From Mustelus asterias (lineage: Eukaryota): a DNA stretch of 64,000 nucleotides. Location of the stretch: positions 96,038,001-96,102,000 of the forward strand of contig NC_135801.1 of the NCBI RefSeq assembly GCF_964213995.1, given 5' to 3'. Numbering within the stretch: position 1 is the stretch's first letter; each line of letters begins with the position of its first letter. The position numbers and the translations under genes were made by a program. Shown piece after piece: positions 24,932 through 37,843 of the stretch. The notes under the pieces were generated by a model. The model did no database searches and was not told where the DNA came from. It was given only the letters and a program-made list of their open reading frames with translations.

Positions 24932-25899
24932 GTGAGTAGAATTCATTAGGTAGTTAAACTGTGTTAATGTTTACTGGGTCTGTTTGCTCGATGTGCAGGC
25001 GGTCAAAGTCGAGAACTATTTCATCCACAAAAATGACACCACTAACACATTGATTATTGTCTGGCTCAGGGAGAAATTAACTTTTTTTGAGAATAACTCC
25101 GCTTGGTTTATTTCCTCTTGCGAATAAATTTTGTATGTTTTTAAACTAAATTCACTTTAATCCTTGTAGGTTTAGCCTTTTGTTCAATCTTGGGATGTGG
25201 GTGTCAAAGGCAAGGCCACATGTATGCTGCCTTCAGAAGATGGTAATGGGTTTTCTTGTTATGTTGCCACAGTCCATGTGGTAAAGGTGGGCAGTCCCTT
25301 GATTTTAAGTGATATAATAGCAATTGAGGATGGTGCGTGATTTGGAGGTAGGGCTGTTCCCATGAGATTATTGCTCCTGTCCTCCTTGAATGTAAAGATT
25401 TCAGGGTTGGCGGTGCTGTTGAAGTCACCCTGCTGAATTGCTGCAATGCATTGTGCTTATCGTACATATTACAGCAGCAGTGTTCTACCAGATGAGGGTG
25501 CAGATGTTGAGACCACTTCTAGGGGAGCTTTACTTAAAATATTTATTTCATTTTATCCCGGAAAATAGGTGTAATATAGCTCAGGGTGGGGTCAACAGCT
25601 TTGACAATATAGATTTCCTTGAATTTATGATGCTCAAGGCAATCACCTGGCTTTGAGGGGAAAACTTTGACAGTGAGCTAATAAGATATGGTGGTGGTGA
25701 TTCTGTGGTGTCGAGGTATCGTCACTGAACCAGAGACTGAGGCATCGTGACCTCGGTTCAAATCCCACTCAAAGCAGGTGGTGAAATTTGAATTTAATAA
25801 AAGTCTAATGATGACCATAAAAAAAGCCATTGTTGTGAAACAAAAAACCCAATTGCTTGTGGTGTGAATTTGTAGAGGTCGCAGCTGTACATTTAACAG

Positions 25900-26200
25900 G
25901 TGGCAGAGTGGTTAGCACTGCTGCCTCACAACACCAGGGACCCGGGTTCAATTCCAACCTCGGGTCAGTGTCTGTGTGGAGCTTGCATGTTCTTCCCGTG
26001 TCTGCGTGGGTTTCCTCCAGGCACTCCGGATTCCTCCCACAGTCCAAAGATGTGTGGGTTAGGTTGATTGGCCATGTTAAGTTGCCCCATAGTGTCAGGG
26101 GGACGAACTAGGGCAAATACATGGGGTTATGGGGATAAAATCTGCGTGAGATTATGGGCCAAATGGCCGCCTCCTGCACTGTAGGGTCCTATGGTTCCAT
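25900..26200 (+). mobile_element. HE1-type V-SINE
   Basis: Head, core and tail present. Confidence 0.85.
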
Positions 26201-26843
26201 GGATATTTTAAAATTGACTATGGGATAGTCAAAATACGGGAACGATGAGGTCTTGATAGATGAGAACTGAGTAAAATGTTTGCACTGAATTGAAATAAAT
26301 GACAAGCTAATCATGGTGTATTTTGTTTTTAAAAAAATATATTTTCACTAATTATTCCATTTAGTAGGAAATGGGAATGTGGTTTTTCAAGGTGATCTGT
26401 CCAGCCCAGAATCACGAGTGAAAACATTCTGGGGCATTCTTGTTTGAGGAAAAATATTCCTGGAAATGTTGTATTTCAGTTAAAACCAAATCAATAATTT
26501 CCTATCTGGAATTAATTTGAAAAGATGCATTGGACTGCATGTCGCACTCAATAAGATTTATTTATTTACAAGTCAAATCTTGATAAATTTATTCAATTTT
26601 GAAATTTTGCAAAGAAACAGAATTCTTTCATTTTTTTATTATGCTGTTACCACAACTACATGATCTGGCTTTCTACATTAAAACAATTCCTATTGTGGAA
26701 AAGCAGGACCTTACTAAACCAGTCTATCCATTTGTTGATTAGAATTCCAATATGGAATTCTGTGTTCTCAAAGCAGTACTGCCTTTAAAAAAAATAAAAG
26801 TACAGATTGATATTGATCTAAGAAATAATTTTGTGTTTTCCAG

Positions 26844-26988
26844 CCTGGATTCACTGTGATACCTGCTGTCGTTGTGTTCTTCAGGAACACACGTGTGGGA
26901 AAGCTGGAGATGGATGTTTTATATGTGGAAGTACTGAGCACAAACGCAGGGAATGTCCTCAAACAGCATTCCCAAACAGGACCACCAC
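26844..26988 (+). CDS. ZCCHC4: ZCCHC4 exon with CCHC zinc knuckle (SWIHCDTCCRCVLQEHTCGKAGDGCFICGSTEHKRRECPQTAFPNRTT)
   Basis: cag acceptor, gtgagt donor, phase 1 to 2. CX2CX4HX4C knuckle CFICGSTEHKRREC. Confidence 0.95.
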
Positions 26989-27289
26989 GTGAGTTCACTA
27001 TCATTTGATATAAAAAGCTTAACTGTTTTCATGAAATGTTAACCACCTTTTAAAGGAGAAATTACTTCTCAAAGGGTTATGAGTTTGTGGAATTCACTAC
27101 TCCAGCGCATGGTGAATGCAGGGACTTTGAGTAAATTTAAGCAGCAGGTGGAGATATTTTTTTATTTGGAAGGGTTTGAAGGGCTATGGTGAACAAGCAG
27201 GAAAATAGAGTTGAGGCCAAGATGAGATCAGCCATGATCATATTAAATGGCAGAGCAGGCTCAAGGGGCTAAATTTGCCTACTTCTCTT

Positions 27290-27600
27290 AGGGGTGGCAC
27301 AGTGATTAGCACTCCTGCCTCACAGCGCCAGGGACCCATGCTTGGGTCACTGTCTGTGTGAAGTTTGCACATTCTCCCTGTGCCTGCGTGGGTTTCCTCC
27401 AGCTGCTCTGGTTTCCTCCCACAGTCCAAAGATGTGCGGGTTAGGTGGATGGGCCATGCTAAATTACCCCTTAGTGTCAGGGACACTAACTAGAGTAAAT
27501 GCATGAGGGTTATGGGGATAGGGCCTTGGTGGGATTGTGGTCGGTACAGACTCAATGGGCCAAATGGCGGCCTCCTGCACTGTAGGATTCTATGATTCTC
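27290..27600 (+). mobile_element. HE1-type V-SINE, inserted after a CR1 3' end (27050-27290)
   Basis: Head, core and tail ending in ctatgattct. Confidence 0.85.
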
Positions 27601-28189
27601 TTTGTTTTTATGATTCTAATGATAAATCTAGGTTAGTTCTTCTCTTTTGTCTCATTGTTCACAATCAAATGACTGTGACATGGTAAACCATCTAATTTTA
27701 TCTTTCATTTTACGGAGTGTGACAGCTTACAGCAACTAAGTGAACATATCTTTTACTGGTCCCAATATCTTTGCCCATTAGATCTGCTCTAACATAGACT
27801 AACATAGTCTGTGTCTCTGTCCTCAAATGTCGTTCACTCTTCCTCAGTTTGTCATGTCTTGTAATTTATTTTTGTCAGAGAAATTCTTTGCATGACTAAG
27901 TCTGAATGATTAATATAGTGAACCAAAAAAGACCCATCACACACCCCCATGACACATACCTATTCACATCCCATCAGTCTGAGTATCCATTTTTTTAATC
28001 CATTTAGCCCTACCTTTTGCTTTCTAATCCCCTAGCTCTATTCATACACTCCATTTCCAAATACAACAGAGCTTTGCTTTCATGACAAGTTTCTTATGTG
28101 ACATCAAATGTCATGAAAATCCATGCCCTATCGTTATCTATGCACTCTGCCTGAAAAAAAGGTGTTCCTATTTATCTCGAAGTAATAAG

Positions 28190-28780
28190 AACAAAGAGAT
28201 GAACAGCACAGGAATAGGCCCTTCGGCCCTCTAAGCCTGTGCTGATCATGATGCCCTAATTAAACTTAAAAAAAACTTCTGCCCTCACTCAGTCTGTATC
28301 CCTCTATTTCCTCCCTATTCATGTACCCATCCAGATGCCTCTTAAATGTTGCTAATGTGTCTGCTTTCACCACCTCCTCTGGCAGCGCATTCCAGGCACC
28401 CAACACTCTGCGAGAAAAAACTCACCCTGCACATCTCCCTTAAACTTTCCCCCTTTCACCTTGAACCTGTGCCCCCTTATAATTGACACTTCCACCCTAG
28501 GAAAAAGCCTCTGACTATCCACCCTGTCTATGCCTCATAATTTTGTAGACCTCTATCAGGTCTCCCCTCAGCCTCCGTCTTTCCAGTGAAAACAATCCTA
28601 GTTTATTTAACCTCTCCTCAAAGTCAACACCCTCGAGATCAGGCAACATCCTGGTGAACATTCTTTGCACTCTCCAAAGCTTCCACGTCCTTCTGGAAGT
28701 GTGGTGACCAGAACTGCACACAATATTCCAAATGCAGCCTAGCCAAGGTTTTAAATAGCTGCAACATGATTTCCCAATCT
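28190..28780 (-). mobile_element. CR1 LINE 3' fragment
   Basis: VQRMFTRMLP...LGLFSLERRRLRGDLIEVYKIM. Confidence 0.85.
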
Positions 28781-31634
28781 TAGCCTTTCTTTAGCTGTTC
28801 TTTTATTTTGTCTGTGTTTTTGAATACTCTTAGGTCTGATTAGTAGTCTTCTTTCAAACTTATTAGCCTTCCTAATTGTCTCTCCTTATTTCTCATTTAT
28901 ATTTTTATATTTTTCTGTATTGTCCTGCACTGTCTTGTATTTCTCGCACTTTGCTGTAACCTCACTGCTTACTTATGGGACGATCCTTTAATTCAAAGCA
29001 TCACAAGAGGTTTGGAGTTTGGTGGGAGGCCATTTGGTTCATCATGTCTGTGTCAGCTCTTTGCACAAACCTGAACTAATTCTGTTTTCTTCCTATATCC
29101 TTGTATCTTCCTCTGTTTCAAATAATTATCCAGTTTTTGCTTCAAAGAAGCATTGGTCCCTACCTGAGCCACTAGCAAAGCATTCCGCTGTTTACCCGCC
29201 GTGTGATTAGGCCTTTAATTTTCTGCCACATTCTGTGGCCACTTTAAGTTGCTGACCCAGAGATCTTGCAAATGGAGGAAATGGTATTCCCCTATTTACT
29301 CTATTAAAACTTCCCCTCCTAATTTTAAAAACATTTATTAAATCTCTTGGCTTTCTCTGCTTCAATTAATTGACCAGCTATTTTCAAGGCCAGATTGTAT
29401 TCCATCTCTCTGAAACGAGCAAATTTCCAGTTCAGTGCCCTTATCTTTATTTCTTACTGTTTACAATGTGAGTGTAATTAGGATACGGTCACTATTTCCC
29501 AGGTTTCAGCTTGCTTATATTGCTCTGTCACCCAGATTCAGATCTAACATTTGGACAGACAACATAGCTATTCAGGAAGACTCCTTTTCTGAAATCTTAT
29601 TTCTGTCTACTTTAGATAGTTAAGTTTCCCCATGGCTACAGCTCTGCTACTACCGCAAGTCTCATTAAATTGCCAAAAAATCTTTTTTTCCCCCCACTAT
29701 TTAGTAATGTTTTATATTATCAATGTAGCAACAAATCCTATATTATGTCTTGGTTCAACACAGACAGGCAGTCTGAGCATTAGCATCAATGAAGCCTCCC
29801 CTTTCCAAAGCTGTAATTGTGTCCTTAATTAATAATCCAACCATCCTGCCTTTTTTTCCTTTTCATTGAAAGTTTTGTGGCTGGCATATTTAAGCATCAG
29901 TCTCACTTTCCAGCATTATCTTTCTATTCAGATTCATGCGTTTAGTTCTATTAATTCATTTCTAATGCTTCATATTTGCATATGAAAATGCAACACTGAT
30001 CCTTTTGTACTCTTTGATGTATCCTTTTCCCTTCTGGGTCGTCTTGTTTTATTCTTCTAATCGCCTCTGCTTTATCCTCAATTATTTGCAGTAATGTTTA
30101 TGTCTCCATAACCTCTCCATGAGCTTACTATTTTAGACTGCTTCGGCCCTTCACTTTTCTTATTGTTCACAATTCTTATTTACACAATTAGGTTTATTTC
30201 TCCTGAATCCTGAAATTACATCTATGATGGAATGTAAACTTTTGTTCATTCTTGTGTATTCTTGCTCTTGTAAAGTGTAATTTTAGTGTGATGAAACCAA
30301 GACTGTACCATATTAGGCAATTATGGTTTGTCTGTTTATGCTGTAGCTATCTCGTGTGTCAATCTTCCTGAATGGAATAAAATAACCAGAATTGCATTGA
30401 ATTGTTTTGGGTTATCCTGACTTCCTTCCTTCATCCATCTACAATTCATTTTTATCACTAACATTGTCTCATCTTGTTTAGCCTTAGGCTTGTTAAAATT
30501 CCCTACTACTGCCTTTCAACCGCATCAAGAGCGCTTATACAGGTCTTGAAGTTAAGCCAGAATTGACTATCTTCCTTTTTGTGCCACAGTAGGAGCAGGA
30601 TTTAGGCCATTCAGCCCCTCGAGCCTGTTCTGCCATTTAACTAGATCATGTCTGATCATCTACCTCAATGCCATTTCCCATGCTATTCCCAGATGTCATT
30701 AGCTTCTGGAAATCAATTGATCCTCTGTCTTGGCCATGCTCAATCACTGAGCTTCCACAGCCCTCCGGGGTAGAGAATTCCAGAGACTCACTACCCTCTG
30801 AGTGAAGAAATTCCTCCTCACCTCTGCCCTAAATGGCCCATCTGTTATCCTGAGACTGTGTCCCCAGTTCTAAACCTTCCAGTGAGGGGAAACATCTCTT
30901 CTGCATCCACCCAATCTAGACCTTGAAGAATTTTGTAAGTTTCAATTAGTGATGTTACTTAAGGAGAGAGGTTTAAGGTTACAGAGACTGATTTTTCTTG
31001 TGTCTGCATTCTTCCTTTGTCTCTAGCACTGGTCTGTTCATCTGCTCTCTGATTCAGAGTCAGAATGAGGATAGCCTTATTCAAAATCAGAAGTTGGAGC
31101 CATTAATTATTGTTGTAATTTATGCACGGAGCTTTTCTATTTAAATTTGGTGGATGCAGTGTGACCCAGGCGACACTGGTCTCCACACTGCTGCCCTGAT
31201 AAACCCCAGATATTTCCATTTCAACAATCACCTGTTCTCATGTTAGAATGGGAGTGAGGAAAATCAGATGATTCCAACATGTCTTCACAAACTATAGATC
31301 TGTCATTTTCCTGCAGTAGGACGGTAGATGCGTGAAGGTCTTGCTATGGGTGTAACTGAGACCTTCTCCTCAGCCTTTGGCAGTGTTGCCCTTGCACTTT
31401 TCCCTCCTTCCCTGTGGGAAGTATGTGATTGGTATTTGCCAGGAGGTCAGTCATTTCCTTTGTGTGCATGCACAACTGCACACATGCACCCTATCACATG
31501 GTGGCACACTGTATTGGAGCTCCGACCACAAGCAGAATAAACTCTTCCTGGGGAATCTAGGGTCATGTGCTATAATTTAGCATTCTTAAAGCTATTAGAT
31601 ACTTTGTCATTATTTTTCTCTTTTCTGTGCACAG

Positions 31635-31821
31635 TGAAGAGGCCAAACCACGTAAAAGAAAAGCTATGGAGACCGATAAAGACACTGCCACGAACAAATC
31701 TAAAAAGCAGGCCCACACAATGAGTACCGGAAAGAGGAAAACCCTGCAATGGGCAACTGGGAAGTCAAAAAGGAAACTGAAGAGGAAGAAGAAACAGAAA
31801 CGAAGGGGCCAGACTGCGTAG
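31635..31821 (+). CDS. ZCCHC4: ZCCHC4 terminal coding exon, Lys/Arg-rich tail ending in TAG
   Basis: Polypyrimidine-cacag acceptor, phase 2 matches the previous exon. Basic tail EEAKPRKRKAMET...KRKKKQKRRGQTA*. AATAAA about 60 nt downstream. Confidence 0.85.
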
Positions 31822-32856
31822 TGCTGGATGATGAAACTTTCCTGGGGATGAGCACTGCTTAATTTCTATCTTCACAAGCAGAATAAACTCTTCCTGGGAA
31901 ATCTAGGGTCATTCCAATGGCCGGCAAGGTGCATCTTTGCACAGCTCTCCATCACTCTTTCCCCAATGTTAGTGCCTTTTTTACATAATAATGCAATATT
32001 CAGCCTCTGTTAATCTGGAAGTAACATACCAGAGAATACATGTGCACAAATTATTTTTTAAAAAATGTTGGAATTGCTTTCAGAGAGATAAAACCAAAAT
32101 AATATATGGTGTTTATTAATTGGTGTGAAAATCTGTGCAACCTATGTCCGCACCTTATTCATACAGCAATCCTGAAATGGTACTTTTTAGATTAAAGCGC
32201 ATCTTTCTAAATTGTTGTCTTATTTGATTTAAATGAAAATTCTTTTCGGTGTGTAAAAATCATAAGGCAAATCTAAAGGTACTGTATCTGCAGTAAAGTT
32301 GAGGGGAAGCAATGGCCTAGTGGTATTATTGCTAGATATGCAGGTTAAGTTTGGCCTTTATGTCCGGGGGATTAGGAGGTTAAATATATGGGGTTACGGG
32401 AATAAGACAGGACCTAGGTGGGATTGTGTTCGGTGCAGGCTCAATGGACGAAATGGCCTCCTTTTGCACTGTAGATTCTATGAACTCTGTTTCCCATATG
32501 TGGGGAGCTGGTGGTGTAGTGGTAATGTCACTAGACTAGTAAAGTAATATTCAGGAGACATGGGTTCAAATCCTACTACGGCAGCTGGTGGAATTAAAAA
32601 AATCAATGAATGAAGTCTGGAATTGAAAGTTAGTCTCATAAATAGCAGGTATCACCAATTGTCATAGAAACCCAAGAGTGGCAAGGGAAACACGAGAGGG
32701 AAACCAAGATCGAAAAGCGGAGGAAATGAGGGCTAGAAGCAACAGTATAAATTAAGTATAGTATGAATTTAAGATGTGTAAAAAAACCTTCAGACAAATC
32801 TAAAGGTACTGTATCTGCAGTAAAGTTGAGGGGAGGTGATGGCCTAGTGGTATTAT

Positions 32857-33108
32857 TGTGGTAAACCACTGTTAAGTTATTGCCTGTGTGGATGTGTGAC
32901 ATGCCTGGACACACCCCTGCCGGCCCTGCCTGAGACGACTCTCCCCCCCCCCCCCCCCCCCCCCGGTATAAAGGTGACTGCTCCCAATCCCTCTGCTCAG
33001 TCACCGGACCAGTTCATCAGCATGGGTGTGCTCCAAGTCTTTCTTTTGTGAATAAAAGCCTGTTTGTTTTGCGTACTCACTAGTCGTCGCATAATTGATA
33101 GTGCATCA
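32857..33108 (+). mobile_element. Solo LTR, 252 bp
   Basis: TG...CA ends, 5-bp TSD ATTAT, TATAAA near 32967 and AATAAA near 33051. Interrupts a SINE head. Confidence 0.85.
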
Positions 33109-33278
33109 ATTATCACTAGACTATTAATCCAGCTAATGTTCTGGGAACCTGGGTTTAAATTTTGCCACAGCAGGTGGTGGACTTTGAATTCAATTTTTAA
33201 AAAAAATCTGGAATTAAGAATCTACTGATCATGAAATGAGTGTCAGAAAAACCCATCTGTTTAAAGTTTATTTATTAG

Positions 33279-35381
33279 AACATAGAACATAGAACATTAC
33301 AGCACAGAACAGGCCCTTCGGCCCACGATGTTGTGCCGACCTTCATCTGAAACCAAGATCAAGCTATCCCACTCCCTACCATCCTGGTGTGCTCCATGTG
33401 CCTATCCAATAACCGCTTAAATGTTCCTAAAGTGTCTGACTCCACTATCACTGCAGGCAGTCCATTCCACACCCCAACCACTCTCTGCGTGAAGAACCTA
33501 CCTCTGATATCCTTCCTATATCTCCCACCATGAACCCTATAGTTATGCCCCCTTGTAATAGCTCCATCCACCCGAGGAAATAGTCTTTGAACGTTCACTC
33601 GATCTATCCCCTTCATCATTTTATAAACCTCTATTAAGTCTCCCCTCAATCTCCTCCGCTCCAGAGAGAACAGCCCCAGCTCCCTCAACCTTTCCTCATA
33701 AGACCGACACTCCAAACCAGGCAGCATCCTGGTAAATCTCCTCTGCACTCTTTCCAGCGCTTCCACATCCTCCTTATAGTGAGGTGACCAGAACTGCACG
33801 CAATATTCCAAATGCGGTCTCACCAAGGTCCTGTACAGTTGCAGCATAACCCCACGGCTCTTAAACTCCAACCCCCTGTTAATAAAAGCTAACACACTAT
33901 ATGCCTTCTTCACAGCTCTATCCACTTGAGTGGCAACCTTTAGAGATCTGTGGATATGGACCCCAAGATCTCTCTGTTCCTCCACAGTCTTCAGAACCCT
34001 ACCTTTGACCCTGTAATCCACATTTAAATTAGTCCTACCAAAATGAATCACCTCACATTTATCAGGGTTAAACTCCATTTGCCATTTTTCAGCCCAGCTT
34101 TGCATCCTATCTATGTCTCTTTGCAGCCTACAACAGCCCTCCACCTCATCCACTACTCCACCAATCTTGGTGTCATCAGCAAATTTACTGATCCACCCTT
34201 CAGCCCCCTCCTCTAAGTCATTAATAAAAATCACAAAGAGCAGAGGACCAAGCACCGATCCCTGCGGCACTCCCGCTAGCAACCTGCCTCCAGTCCGAAA
34301 ATTTTCCATCCACCACCACCCTCTGTCTTCGATCAGATAGCCAGTTACCTATCCAATCGGCCAACTTTCCCTCTATCCCACACTCCTTACTTTCATCATA
34401 AGCCGACCATGGGGGACCTTATCAAACGCCTTACTAAAATCCATGTATATGACATCAACCGCCCTACCTTCATCAACACACCTAGTTACCTCCTCAAAAA
34501 ATTCTATCAAATTTGTGAGGCACGATTTGCCCTTCACAAATCCGTGCTGACTATCCCGGATTAATCCGCATCTTTCTAAATGGTCGTAAATCCCATCCCT
34601 AAGGACCTTTTCCATCAATTTACCAACCACCGAAGTCAGACTAACCGGTCTATAATTACCAGGGTCATTTCTATTCCCTTTCTTAAACAGAGGAACAACA
34701 TTTGCCACTCTCCAGTCCTCTGGCACCATCCCCGTGGACAGCGAGGACCCAAAGATCAAAGCCAAAGGCTCTGCAATCTCATCCCTCGCCTCCCAAAGAA
34801 TCCTAGGATACATTTCATCAGGCCCAGGGGACTTATCGACCTTCAGTTTATTCAAAACTGCCAATACATCCTCCCTCCGAACATCTATTTCCTCCAGCCT
34901 ATTAGCCTGTAACACCTTCTCTTCCTGAAAAACATGGCCCCTCTCCTTGGTGAACACTGAAGAAAAGTATTCATTCATCACCTCGCCTATCTCTACTGAT
35001 TCCATACACAAGTTCCTACCACTGTCCTTGACCGGCCCTAACCTCACCCTGGTCATTCTTTTATTCCTCACATAAGAGTAAAAAGCCTTGGGGTTTTCCT
35101 TGATCCGACCCGCCAAGGACTTCTCATGTCCCCTCCTAGCTTTCCTCAGCCCCTTTTTCAGCTCATTCCTTGCTAACTTGTAACCCTCAATCGAGCCATC
35201 TGAACCTTGTTTCCTCATCCCTACATAAGCTTCCCTCTTCCTTTTCACAAGACATTCCACCTCTTTTGTGAACCACGGTTCCCTCACTCGGGCCATTTCC
35301 TCCCTGCCTGACAGGGGACATACCCTATCAAGGACACCCAGTATTTGTTCCTTGAAAAAGTTCTTTTCATCAGTGCCTTTC
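33279..35381 (-). mobile_element. Young 5'-truncated CR1 LINE, RT domain nearly intact
   Basis: 339-aa and 316-aa ORFs with YMDFSKAFDKVPH, PQGSVLGP and SKFADDTK; (ttctatg)n tail; attag duplicated at the flanks. Confidence 0.92.
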
Positions 35382-35695
35382 ATTAGTGTCACAAGTAGGC
35401 TTATAGTAACACTGTAATGAATTACTCTGAAAATCCCCTAGTCGCCACACTCCGGCGCCTGTTCGGGTACACTGAGGGAGAATTTAGTATGGCCAGTGTA
35501 CCTAACCAGCACATCTTTTGGACTGAGGGGGGAAACCGGAGCACCCAGAGGAAATCCAAGCAGACATGGGGAGAACGTGCAAACTCCACACACACACACA
35601 CGCACACACACACGCACACACACGAACACTGACCCAAGCCGGGAATTGAACCTAGGTGCCTGGCGCCATGAGTCAGCAGTGTTAGCCACTGTATC
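35382..35695 (-). mobile_element. V-SINE variant containing an expanded (CA)n tract at ~35588-35622
   Basis: Head and core present; the tail continues at 33260-33278, on the other side of the CR1 insertion. Confidence 0.8.
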
Positions 35696-35959
35696 AGGGC
35701 TCACTAATGTAATTTAGGGAAGGAAATCTGCAGTCCTTACCTGGTCTGGCCTACATGTGACTTGTGGTTGACTCATTTAAATTAATAACTTTTAAAATAA
35801 ATTTCAAAATATATGTAAAAAAGTAAATATAAACAAATGTTAGAAAAACTAGCCACTTAGAGTATTAAGATTGCTCCGAGTCAATCTAGTGGTAGAGGTG
35901 GGTCAGTGCAGGTAGCAACTCAAGACCTGGGACTTCAGCTACCTATTCTAACACTAACC

Positions 35960-36159
35960 NNNNNNNNNNNNNNNNNNNNNNNNNNNNNNNNNNNNNNNNN
36001 NNNNNNNNNNNNNNNNNNNNNNNNNNNNNNNNNNNNNNNNNNNNNNNNNNNNNNNNNNNNNNNNNNNNNNNNNNNNNNNNNNNNNNNNNNNNNNNNNNNN
36101 NNNNNNNNNNNNNNNNNNNNNNNNNNNNNNNNNNNNNNNNNNNNNNNNNNNNNNNNNNN
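35960..36159. other. Assembly gap (200 N)
   Basis: Run of N. Confidence 1.
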
Positions 36160-36247
36160 AGACTAGATATTCAAAGATTTTGTTTATATCTTCTGCTTTA
36201 ATTTGAATTTGGATAGATCACAAACACTGCAGGAGGTGCACAAAAGT

Positions 36248-36538
36248 GCGGCACAGTGGTTAGCACTGCTGCCTCACAGTGCCAGGCACCCAGTTCAATT
36301 CCCAGCTTGGGTCACTATGCGGAGTCTGCACATTCTTCCCGTGTCTGCGTGGGTTTCCTCCGGGTGAGCCGATTTCCTCCCACAGTCCGAAAGACATGCT
36401 GGTTAGGTGCATTGGCTATGCTAAATTCTCCCTCGGTGTACCCGAACGGGCACAGGAGTGACAACTAGGGGATTTTCACAGTAGCTTCTTTGTAGTGTTT
36501 AATGTAAGCCTAATTGTGATTAATAAATAAACTTTAAA
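36248..36538 (+). mobile_element. V-SINE variant
   Basis: Head, core and aataaataaactt tail. Confidence 0.82.
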
Positions 36539-37843
36539 CAAGTTGCTCTCATGTTTTTCTTTGGATTAATGTTTCATTCAGCTATTTGACCCTGTACTGT
36601 ACTGTTTCAAGTTTAACAAAATAAAGCACTTGATGAATATCAAAGGGACCACATCAAAGACCTCTCCTCTTTAAGGTAAACAGAATCTAAGTAGCTCACA
36701 CAGCTATAAGAGACTGCTTAAATTGAAAAATTCTCCTTTCTAACAGATCCTGTATCCTCTGGATTTGAAAACACTGCTTTGTTCTTTTGTCTTCTTTCGA
36801 GCCATAAATCACTTGTTGCAGAGAAGGGGCATAATAATTTAAAAGAACAATAACAGAACACTGGTCGCTCCATTAAAGGTACTGCTGAACAAGCAAACTG
36901 CAGGAACAGGTTGTACTGCATCAGAACATTCTGGCTGTGACTTGTAGGGATTTGTGATTCATGATGTTTTTAATTTGTGAATTGGTAATTATTTGAATTA
37001 GTTACAGAAGTTTGTTCCCACAGTCCAGAGATGTGTGGGTTAGGCTGATTTGGCCATGCTAAATTAACCCTAGTGTCAGGGGGATTAGTAGAGTAAATGC
37101 GGGGTTACAGGATTAGGGCCTGGGTGGGATTGTGGTTGGTGCAGACTCGATGGGCTGAGTGGCTTCCTTCTGCACTGTAGGGAAACTATGATAGATTGTT
37201 TAGTTGCAATGCATGCTTCTCCTAGTTTGCCAGTGATTGCCTTCAACAGTGAGATGTGAAGTTTATTATTGTTTTCATTCAAAAAAAATTTAAATCAAAA
37301 GAAAAAATAGCTTGACTGATCCTCAGCGCAATGATTGAAACTGTTTTAATAACATTAGGAGCGTAATACCTGAAGCATGATACTGTCCATCTAGTTAACT
37401 CTTTGGCTTCTGCTCTGGATCTTGGCTGCTTTGATATTTAACAAACTTGCATAGCAATTTTTAATCTTCCAATTCCAGGGATCCAGGATTCTGCATCCTG
37501 ACTACCACCCTGACCCAGATCGGAAAATGGAGCTCGGACAACTTGCATTTATATAATGTCTTTGACATAGTAAAATCTTGCAAGATGCTTCCAGGAGCTT
37601 TACCAGGCAACATTTTGACACCTAATTGCACAAGATATTAGCATAGATGACCAAAGGTTTGTTTTAAGGAGTGCCTCATCCGACAAAGAGGACTTGGAGA
37701 GGAATAGGGACAGAATGCCGGAGCTTTTATGGTTTGGCAGCTGAACCAGTAATTGTGGAAGTATTAAACATGAGAATTGGAGGAAAGCTGGGATCCAGGA
37801 GAGGTGTAAAGATGGAGGGGGTTACAGAGATAGGGAAGCCCAC

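Noticed and set aside
24088-25550. ~30-bp repeat ctaggggagctttact..aatatttatttc at ~24088 and ~25519
   Set aside because: Too short and AT-rich to interpret; no structure attached.
25690-25800. tRNA-like sequences (ggttcaaatccc) here and near 32500, 53725 and 58230
   Set aside because: These are SINE heads followed by SINE bodies, with no complete cloverleaf.
35906-36166. ORF spanning X residues
   Set aside because: Artefact of the assembly gap.
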